Source: an uncultured Roseburia sp.
GTDB taxonomy: Bacteria; Bacillota; Clostridia; Lachnospirales; Lachnospiraceae
DNA length: 39,398 nucleotides
Reading direction: 5' to 3'
NCBI GenBank assembly: GCA_964476275.1
Contig: CAYYZV010000001.1
Coordinates: 1-39,398, forward strand
Both the position numbers and the translations under genes were made by a program. Each line of letters opens with the position of its first letter. Within the stretch, counting starts at the first letter, position 1. Below are positions 1-7,578 of this stretch, in pieces. The notes under the pieces are model-generated. The model was not told the origin of the DNA. It did not search any database and saw only the letters and a list, made by a program, of their open reading frames with translations.

Positions 1-931
1 ATGGTTTTTCGCCTGGGAAGAACTGGCAGCCAAACTTATCTGCGTAATCCTGAACTTTGTCACGGCCTGAAGATCTCATTTCAAGCATGTATTCAATCTT
101 CTCTGGTGTTACGATTCCTTCTGGATCATAGATATATCCGTCTGGACCTGATAATGTAACTACTTTACCGCCGAGTTCTGCAACTTTTAATGCGATACCC
201 CATGCTACGTTACCGAAACCAGAGATAGCAACTGTCTTGCCTTCCATTGTTTCGCCTTCGTGTTTTAATACTTCACATGCATAGTAAACTGCACCGAAAC
301 CTGTAGCTTCCGGACGAATTAAAGAACCACCGTATGAACGGCCTTTACCTGTAAGTGTTCCGTTTTCGAAAGCACCTTTAATACGACGATACTGTCCGTA
401 CATATAACCGATTTCACGTCCGCCTACACCGATATCACCGGCTGGAACGTCTACATCTGGTCCGATATGACGATATAATTCTGTCATGAATGCCTGACAG
501 AATCTCATAACTTCTCCGTCGCTCTTACCACGTGGATCGAAGTCAGAACCACCTTTTGCACCACCCATTGGAAGTGTTGTTAAGCTGTTCTTGAATGTCT
601 GCTCGAAACCTAAGAATTTCATGATAGATAAGTTTACGGATGGATGGAAACGTAATCCTCCCTTGTAAGGTCCGATTGCACCGTTAAACTGTACACGGTA
701 TCCACGGTTAACCTGTGTCTGGCCATTATCATCTACCCAAGCAACGCGGAATTCGATAACTCTTTCAGGTTCGCACATTCTTTCAAGAAGTGCTGCCTTT
801 CTGTATACTTCCTCATTTGCATCAACAACAGGCTTTAAAGATGATAATACCTCTTCTACTGTCTGTAAAAATTCTGGCTCTGTAGCGTTTTTCTCAGAAA
901 CCTTTGCAATAACCTCATCAACGTATGACAT
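1..931 (-). CDS. gdh: NAD-type glutamate dehydrogenase, 3' end truncated by the window edge
   Basis: Not in the ORF track; translated by hand from ATG at 931 (RBS AAGGAGGAG upstream): MSYVDEVIAKVSEKNATEPEFLQTVEEVL...GPYKGGLRFHPSV...[11 protein letters not shown]...ISGFGNVAWG...TLSGPDGYIYDPEG...FFPGEKP. GFGNV and SGPDG match the Clostridium symbiosum NAD-GDH type. Confidence 0.95.
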   Translation of the reverse strand, partial: MSYVDEVIAKVSEKNATEPEFLQTVEEVLSSLKPVVDANEEVYRKAALLERMCEPERVIEFRVAWVDDNGQTQVNRGYRVQFNGAIGPYKGGLRFHPSVNLSIMKFLGFEQTFKNSLTTLPMGGAKGGSDFDPRGKSDGEVMRFCQAFMTELYRHIGPDVDVPAGDIGVGGREIGYMYGQYRRIKGAFENGTLTGKGRSYGGSLIRPEATGFGAVYYACEVLKHEGETMEGKTVAISGFGNVAWGIALKVAELGGKVVTLSGPDGYIYDPEGIVTPEKIEYMLEMRSSGRDKVQDYADKFGCQFFPGEKP

Positions 932-977
932 GTTATTCTCCTCCTTATGTACCTTTATTTTTGAATTTAATTCAAAA

Positions 978-1010
978 GAAATGTATCACTAATACCACAG
1001 ATACATTTTT
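978..1010 (-). terminator. Probable intrinsic terminator between the two gdh genes
   Basis: Inverted repeat AAATGTATC / GATACATTT, followed by CTTTT on the minus strand, just after the gdhA stop. Confidence 0.45.
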
Positions 1011-1026
1011 TCCCATTTGTAACCGG

Positions 1027-2406
<1,380 letters not shown>

Positions 2407-2562
2407 TTATTATAAGAAAAATCAACATGCAACACTTTTTTTCTTTACTTGAGTAAATCAAAAATAATTTTAGAAGTTTTGCACAATTTTTCATCAAACA
2501 TTGTCAATTGTTTATGAATTTTGACGTAGTCCTTTGGTACTTTTTACAACAAAAACCGAAAA

Positions 2563-2826
2563 TTACAGCAAACGATAAATCAAAATTGCCAATAATACTC
2601 CTACAATACTTGCAATTGTTATTTTAATGGATAGCCCAAAGGTAATTACCATAATCCCAATATCGAAGATAATCGGACTTGTCAAACCGAAAGTCTGACC
2701 ATAATTCAGCCAGCTAAGTCCTGATATTCCTGCTGTCAAATTCCCTATAAAGCCTCCCAGCACGATTCCGGACAATATTAATAAAAACAATGCCCAATTA
2801 TTTTTTCCTCTAATTCCTCTTGCCAT
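2563..2826 (-). CDS. Small membrane protein (DUF4321-like)
   Basis: 87 aa with hydrophobic segments; AGGAGG RBS. Confidence 0.75.
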   Translation of the reverse strand: MARGIRGKNNWALFLLILSGIVLGGFIGNLTAGISGLSWLNYGQTFGLTSPIIFDIGIMVITFGLSIKITIASIVGVLLAILIYRLL

Positions 2827-2878
2827 ACATCTTTTCCTCCTATGTAATATGATTGCTCATCCTATTCCGGTAATTATT

Positions 2879-3334
2879 CTATGCCTGTTCTGCAATGCCG
2901 TACTGTGCCTGAAAATAATCTATCAGCTTTGCCACCGCATAAATTAAAACTGTTGTTTCCTGGTCATTTAACTGGCCCTTAACGCTTCGAATCATATCCC
3001 GGTGAAACACTTCATGATGTCCATAGGCCGCTTTACCTTTTTCGGTCAAATACACCCACACCACACGTTTATCCTGCTTACTGCGTTCACGAATAACATA
3101 CCCCTTTTCGGTCAATCCGTCCATAGCTTTTGTAAGCGTTCCGGTTGTAACTTTCATCAAATTTGCCACAGTTTTCATACTTTTCGGTTCCTGTAAACCG
3201 ATTGCTTCTATTACATGAAAATCATTATAGGTCAAATCCGAAAATTCTCCCTGCACCAGGCATCTGCCTTCGATCTCCATAATATCTTTAAATATCTTTA
3301 CTAATAACTCATTTAATGTTTCATCTGCCGTCAT
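2879..3334 (-). CDS. fabT: MarR-family regulator, FabT-like
   Basis: Winged HTH (VTTGTLT...KGYVIRERSKQDKRVV.V.LTEKG) with FabT-like N-terminus (LNELLVKIFKDIMEIE) and HHEVFH segment; FabT-type palindrome upstream. Confidence 0.75.
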   Translation of the reverse strand: MTADETLNELLVKIFKDIMEIEGRCLVQGEFSDLTYNDFHVIEAIGLQEPKSMKTVANLMKVTTGTLTKAMDGLTEKGYVIRERSKQDKRVVWVYLTEKGKAAYGHHEVFHRDMIRSVKGQLNDQETTVLIYAVAKLIDYFQAQYGIAEQA

Positions 3335-3419
3335 CTATTTTAACTCCATCCTATTCTTCCTCTATCTATATTCAAAACTTGCGTCCCCTATTCTAACAGA
3401 TAATTTGTTTTGTGAAAAT

Positions 3420-3436
3420 AGTTTGATTATCAAAAT
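3420..3436. promoter_or_regulatory. FabT-type operator palindrome AGTTTGATTATCAAAAT
   Basis: TTTGAT-T-ATCAAA palindrome at 3422-3434, about 90 bp upstream of the FabT-like gene; resembles streptococcal/enterococcal FabT boxes. Confidence 0.65.
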
Positions 3437-3535
3437 TTTATTAATTTTTCTTACAGAAACTATCATTTTTTACTAAGAAATTTTCCATTGTAGTGTTTTA
3501 TCACACAAAAATTTCTCCAAAAACTTTCTATACAA

Positions 3536-3576
3536 CAAAAAGAATGTCTTCACGTTTTATGAAGACATCCTCTTTT
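3536..3576 (-). terminator. Intrinsic terminator
   Basis: GAATGTCTTCA / TGAAGACATCC stem with A/T tracts on both sides, downstream of the stop at 3602. Confidence 0.75.
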
Positions 3577-3601
3577 TCTCTAACTCTATTTCATTATTCG
3601 C

Positions 3602-3862
3602 TTATTTTAAGCCGGCACGTTTCTTTGCATCTTCCTGCAATTTTTCCTGTTCCTTTGCCATTCGCTCTTTTGCTTCTTCTACTGTTTCGCCTTCTTTTGT
3701 AAAGAATTTATCAATAAATTTGTCTGATACTTTTTGAAATCCTTCTACTGCGCCATTTTCGATTTTTTTATAACCATCGACTACGCCTTCTTCAATTTTT
3801 TTGTATCCTTCTACAACACCTTCTTCGATTTTCTGAAATCCTTCTGTAATTTTCTTTTCCAT
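3602..3862 (-). CDS. Small hypothetical protein with 11-residue repeats (KKIEEGVVEGY)
   Basis: ORF track gives 3602..3877; ATG 3862 has GGAG upstream and is the likelier start; 3-4 tandem 11-mers. Confidence 0.75.
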   Translation of the reverse strand: MEKKITEGFQKIEEGVVEGYKKIEEGVVDGYKKIENGAVEGFQKVSDKFIDKFFTKEGETVEEAKERMAKEQEKLQEDAKKRAGLK

Positions 3863-3958
3863 GATTTTATTCTCCATTTCTTTTCTATATTTATTATCTT
3901 ACATTGCATGATAGTATATCATGTTTTATAACACTTACATCCCGGTAAAAATTACCAA

Positions 3959-4324
3959 CTACATTGCCAATTCACTCGTTAATGCTAAAATCTGTTCTGC
4001 TACTTTTGCTCTTTGGCTCTTCGTAATTCTCTTATACATTGGGTATGCTATCCCAACAACTGCCATCCCAATAATCCCTACAACGATACCTAAAACGAAA
4101 AGCTGCTCTGCCCAGACCATTGTACAGCACATACCGAATCCCATAATTAAAGTACCGACAACACCCAGTATAATAGCTGCAATTGTTCCTGGTCTTTCAG
4201 CAGCTCTATCGAGTCTTCTCAATGTTTCCATTTTATCTTCTTGCTGCGGAAGATATTTTTTTCTGATTGACTCTACTTCTTCCTGTTGTTCTGCTGAGTA
4301 AGTATATTCAAAATTCTCTGCCAT
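3959..4324 (-). CDS. Hypothetical two-TM membrane protein
   Basis: 121 aa with two hydrophobic helices; AAGAGGG RBS. Confidence 0.8.
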   Translation of the reverse strand: MAENFEYTYSAEQQEEVESIRKKYLPQQEDKMETLRRLDRAAERPGTIAAIILGVVGTLIMGFGMCCTMVWAEQLFVLGIVVGIIGMAVVGIAYPMYKRITKSQRAKVAEQILALTSELAM

Positions 4325-4352
4325 ATCATCCCTCTTCCTTATATCTATCCTC

Positions 4353-4499
4353 TTATTTTTCTTCTTTTTTTGATTTTAACTTCTCTTTGATTTTATCAAA
4401 TGGCAGAATGCCAAGAAGAACTGCCCCTACTATCATTGTACAAATTGTTACTGCAAACTTTACTGTTTTTTTCAGTGCCTTTTTTACTTTCTTTTTCAT
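4353..4499 (-). CDS. 48-aa single-TM, Lys-rich small protein
   Basis: Translated by hand: MKKKVKKALKKTVKFAVTICTMIVGAVLLGILPFDKIKEKLKSKKEEK*. GGAGAG RBS 7 nt upstream; stop lies 28 nt before the next start. Confidence 0.6.
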   Translation of the reverse strand: MKKKVKKALKKTVKFAVTICTMIVGAVLLGILPFDKIKEKLKSKKEEK

Positions 4500-4530
4500 C
4501 CCATTCTCTCCATTTTTATCATTTTCTCAC

Positions 4531-4569
4531 GGTCTGTGCAGTAAATGCACAGACCTACTGAATAGTTAC
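4531..4569. repeat. REP/MITE-like hairpin with a CTGAATAGTTAC end
   Basis: Perfect 10-bp stem GGTCTGTGCA-GTAAA-TGCACAGACC, then CTGAATAGTTAC (4558-4569), the same end seen in the element at 31459-31604. Confidence 0.55.
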
Positions 4570-4601
4570 CATTTTTCTTTTGTTGTTCCGTCGATGAGAT
4601 A

Positions 4602-4655
4602 AATATAGCCTGTTGGTTTTAAAAAAATGTTTTTGAAATGTTAAGGTTTTGTTAA
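4602..4655 (-). promoter_or_regulatory. Promoter with 11-bp-periodic TTAACA direct repeats (OmpR/PhoP-type sites)
   Basis: Minus strand TTAACA-N5-TTAACA-N5-AAAACA (4655-4628); the last repeat covers the -35 position of a TATATT -10 box (4602-4607). Confidence 0.45.
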
Positions 4656-4752
4656 ATGTGGGGAATTTTCCTTGGAAAATAAGGTGGCAAGTCTTTAAAA
4701 TGTTTAAAATGTTTCTACAGCTTTTCCTTAATTTTTTATTATAAAGTTATAG

Positions 4753-4781
4753 TTGAACATATGTTCGATATATGATATAAT
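4753..4781 (+). promoter_or_regulatory. Sigma-A promoter overlapped by a LexA (SOS) box
   Basis: TTGAAC (4753-4758)-17 bp-TATAAT (4776-4781) with TG extension; GAACATATGTTCG (4755-4767) fits the Firmicute GAAC-N4-GTTC box. Confidence 0.7.
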
Positions 4782-4849
4782 TTGAATATAATAAATTTAC
4801 TTTATATAATGCATAATTTATTTAAATTCACTTGTTTTTTATTCTGATA

Positions 4850-4858
4850 TGCTATACT
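4850..4858 (+). promoter_or_regulatory. Extended -10 promoter of the small RNA
   Basis: TG-C-TATACT about 7 nt upstream of the structured GC-rich segment. Confidence 0.6.
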
Positions 4859-4864
4859 TAATGT

Positions 4865-4947
4865 ACACCGTGGGAAGGCGTGGGTAGTGCCTGAATCCAA
4901 ATATTCCATAAACGGGAGAAGCGGAGGAACTACGCCTCTGCTTCTTT
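4865..4947 (+). ncRNA. Putative structured small RNA (skipping-rope/DUF3800-motif-like) ending in a terminator
   Basis: GC-rich segment in an AT-rich gap with its own promoter. Stems CCG-UGGGA/UUCCA-(UAAA)-CGG and AGGCG/UGCCU, then an 11-bp terminator AGAAGCGGAGG/CCUCUGCUUCU plus UU. No ORF. The family resemblance is from memory and unverified. Confidence 0.6.
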
Positions 4948-5013
4948 AAATAACATATTACGCACTACTCCACTATCGCATGCAGCTTTCTTAGCAGAAT
5001 GTAAAAATATCAT

Positions 5014-5358
5014 TTACGATAAAACTTTATACCCAGCCTTTTCAATTGCCGCTTCTATTTCTTCATCACTGACTTCACGTTCCATTGATACAATAACTTC
5101 GTTTTTCTTTAAATTTACCTTTACTGCCAAACCATCCATATCATTAATGGCTCGCGTTACCCTTGCCTCACAATTTTCACACATCATACCCTCTACGATA
5201 AATGTCTTTTTCGCAATCACATTGTTCAGCTTCTTCTTTGATATGTAATTACTTCCGCTGCCACAGCAGCCGCTTTTGTTCTTAAAATGCTTCACGGTCG
5301 CACGAATGCCTACGATAAGCATTACAGCCAGTATTGCTATAATAATAAAATCCTGCAT
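5014..5358 (-). CDS. Membrane-anchored heavy-metal-associated (CopZ-like HMA) protein with an N-terminal TM helix and GCCG motif
   Basis: Start at ATG 5358 (AAGGAGGA RBS); TM helix, SGCCGSG, and HMA motif GMMCENC. Confidence 0.85.
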   Translation of the reverse strand: MQDFIIIAILAVMLIVGIRATVKHFKNKSGCCGSGSNYISKKKLNNVIAKKTFIVEGMMCENCEARVTRAINDMDGLAVKVNLKKNEVIVSMEREVSDEEIEAAIEKAGYKVLS

Positions 5359-5370
5359 AAAGTCCTCCTT

Positions 5371-5419
5371 GTTAGTTAATACTAACCTTAACCATACAAC
5401 TTTTTTCAAGTTTTGTAAA
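5371..5419 (-). promoter_or_regulatory. Promoter with GTTAG-N6-CTAAC operator (copy 1)
   Basis: TTTACA (5419-5414)-17-TATGGT (5396-5391); GTTAGTTAATACTAAC at 5371-5386 lies between the -10 box and the RBS. Confidence 0.6.
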
Positions 5420-5423
5420 GCCG

Positions 5424-5459
5424 AAAAAAATGGGTGTTTCACGGTCTACCAATACACCC
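5424..5459 (-). terminator. Possible intrinsic terminator
   Basis: GGGTGT...ACACCC stem followed by ATTTTTTT on the minus strand. Confidence 0.45.
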
Positions 5460-5503
5460 ATATCTTCTACTGTTTCGCTTCTTAAATCTATAAATTACAT
5501 ATC

Positions 5504-5672
5504 GCATATAAAGGCAAATTCGTCATCCACTCCTGTTCCCGATAATCCGACATAGATGTCCGAATCGGGTGCGAATTTCATTCTTATGCGCGGCAGTTTT
5601 ATATGCATATCCCGCTTTTCCATCAACACTTTTTCGCCGCGAGCTAAAAATGTGCGCCTGACGGCGCACATT
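5504..5672. repeat. Nested inverted repeats / REP-like intergenic element
   Basis: GCATATAAA/TTTATATGC, AAATTCG/CGAATTT, CCCGAT/ATCGGG and GACAT/ATGTC are nested at 5504-5606; perfect hairpin AATGTGCGCC-TGAC-GGCGCACATT at 5649-5672. Confidence 0.5.
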
Positions 5673-5694
5673 AAAAACTAACAAATATTCTTTT

Positions 5695-7578
5695 TTACTC
5701 TAATTCCACAATTTCATGATACAAATCCGCATAACGCCCTTTTGCTGCCAAAAGCTCTTCATGCGTTCCCCGCTCAATGATATGCCCTTTCTCCAATACC
5801 ATAATCGCATTCGATTTACGAACAGTAGAAAGCCTGTGCGCAATGACAAAGGTTGTACGGTTTTCCATCAATGCATCCATACCTTCCTCAATGTGTTTTT
5901 CTGTTCTCGTATCAACAGAACTGGTTGCTTCATCCAAAATCAAAATTGGTGCTTTCGAAATTGCAGCACGGGCAATATTCAAAAGCTGTCTCTGCCCCTG
6001 TGAAAGATTGCTGCCGTCATGTTCGAGAATCGTATCATAACCATTCTCAAGCTGTTCAATAAAAGAATGTGCAGAAGCAATTTTAGCTGCTTCCACAACC
6101 TCCTCATCTGTTGCATCTAATCTTCCATAACGAATATTTTCTCTTACTGTTCCGGTAAAAAGGTGTGTATCCTGCAAAACCATTGCAATATTAGAACGTA
6201 AAAAGAAACGGTCGATCTTTTCAATTGGTACTCCGTCAATTGTAATCGAGCCTTCTTTCATATCATAAAAACGAGACAACAGATTTGTCACAGTCGTTTT
6301 TCCCGCTCCTGTAGAACCGACAAATGCAATTTTTTGACCTGGCTTTGCATAAAGAGAAATATCATGCAAAACCGTAACTTCCGGTGTATAGCCAAAACTA
6401 ACATTCTGTAAAACAATATGTCCCTTAATTTTTTCCATAGGTATGCTGTCTGCATCTGCTTCTTCGGACTTTTCATCCAGTACATCAAATACCCGTTCTG
6501 CACCTGCAAGCGCTGCAAATACTGTATTAAGCTGCATCGAGACCTCATTAATCGGACGATTAAACTGTCTTGTATAATTTAAGGATACCGTAAGACCACC
6601 GACATCAAACTTTTCCATTGCCACAAGTATACCGCCAACCGATGCTGTTACAGCATAAACCACATTACAAAGCTGATGTGTGACCGGTCCCATAATACCG
6701 GATCGGAACTGCGCCTCTTCCTGCGCGCTGCAAAGCTTTTCATTTAAATAAGAAAATTCATCACGCACATTTTCTTCGTAATTAAAAACTTTAACCACTT
6801 TTTGGCCGGAAACCATTTCTTCAATAAACCCATTCAGCATACCAAGGTTTTTCTGCTGTCTGGTATATGCTGTCCGTCCTCTTTTCATAATCGTTTTGCT
6901 AAGATAGGTCAAAACAGGCGCAGCGATAATGGTAATTAAACCCAAAATCGGATTCGTGTAAAGCATCAGTATAATGGTTCCGGCAATTGTAATTGCTCCT
7001 GAAATAATCTGAATCAATGTCGTATTTAACATTTCTCCAATCGTATCTACATCATTTGTAAATCGAGACATCACTTCTCCTGCCTGATGTGTATCAAAAT
7101 ACCTTACCGGCAGACTTTGCAGCTTTGCAAAAAGTTCCGATCTCATTCGAACAAGTGTCTGCTGAGAAGCCTTCAGCATCAAACGCTGCTGAACCCATTG
7201 TGTCAGCACAGAAATTCCATAAATTACAGCAAGTAAAATAAGCCACACAAAAAGCCCTGTAATTCTCGCCTCCAGATTTGATTCTGCTTCATCAAAATAA
7301 ATAAATTTATTAATAATCGGACGCAGCAGATAAGAAGCCGCCAAAGAAGAAACCGTATGAATGACCGAACATAAAATAGCAGCTATAATCAGCTTTTTTT
7401 CATATGCTGCATACTTCATCAGGCGGACAATGGAAGTCTTTAAATTTTTAGGCTTTCCAGTTGCCGAAAGAGCACGATTCCGTCCGCCGCGCGGTCCGAT
7501 TTCCATCTGTTTTTTTTCTTTTTCTATTTTCGTTCCGCTGTATTTTGCCTCGATTCGCGCAGCACGAGCTTCATTCAT
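5695..7578 (-). CDS. Heterodimeric ABC exporter subunit (TMD+NBD), consensus Walker B/H-loop half
   Basis: TM domain; GSTGAGKTT, LSQGQRQ, ILDEATS, IAHRL. Confidence 0.93.
   Translation of the reverse strand: MNEARAARIEAKYSGTKIEKEKKQMEIGPRGGRNRALSATGKPKNLKTSIVRLMKYAAYEKKLIIAAILCSVIHTVSSLAASYLLRPIINKFIYFDEAESNLEARITGLFVWLILLAVIYGISVLTQWVQQRLMLKASQQTLVRMRSELFAKLQSLPVRYFDTHQAGEVMSRFTNDVDTIGEMLNTTLIQIISGAITIAGTIILMLYTNPILGLITIIAAPVLTYLSKTIMKRGRTAYTRQQKNLGMLNGFIEEMVSGQKVVKVFNYEENVRDEFSYLNEKLCSAQEEAQFRSGIMGPVTHQLCNVVYAVTASVGGILVAMEKFDVGGLTVSLNYTRQFNRPINEVSMQLNTVFAALAGAERVFDVLDEKSEEADADSIPMEKIKGHIVLQNVSFGYTPEVTVLHDISLYAKPGQKIAFVGSTGAGKTTVTNLLSRFYDMKEGSITIDGVPIEKIDRFFLRSNIAMVLQDTHLFTGTVRENIRYGRLDATDEEVVEAAKIASAHSFIEQLENGYDTILEHDGSNLSQGQRQLLNIARAAISKAPILILDEATSSVDTRTEKHIEEGMDALMENRTTFVIAHRLSTVRKSNAIMVLEKGHIIERGTHEELLAAKGRYADLYHEIVELE

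Noticed and set aside
959..977. Rex box
   Set aside because: Arms and spacer differ from TTGTGAA-N4-TTCACAA
2466..2480. CodY box upstream of gdhA (AATTTTAGAAGTTTT)
   Set aside because: Needs a gap and mismatches against AATTTTCWGAAAATT in very AT-rich DNA
3730..3860. 33-bp periodic repeats as a CRISPR-like array
   Set aside because: They are degenerate in-frame coding repeats without unique spacers, and there are no cas genes
4353..4947. Classical type I toxin-antitoxin pair (48-aa protein plus small RNA)
   Set aside because: The two do not overlap and I found no extended complementarity between the RNA and the mRNA leader; kept as separate findings
4865..4947. Self-cleaving ribozyme, tRNA or known riboswitch
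   Set aside because: I recognised no hammerhead, twister or pistol core and no cloverleaf; there is no co-oriented downstream gene to regulate
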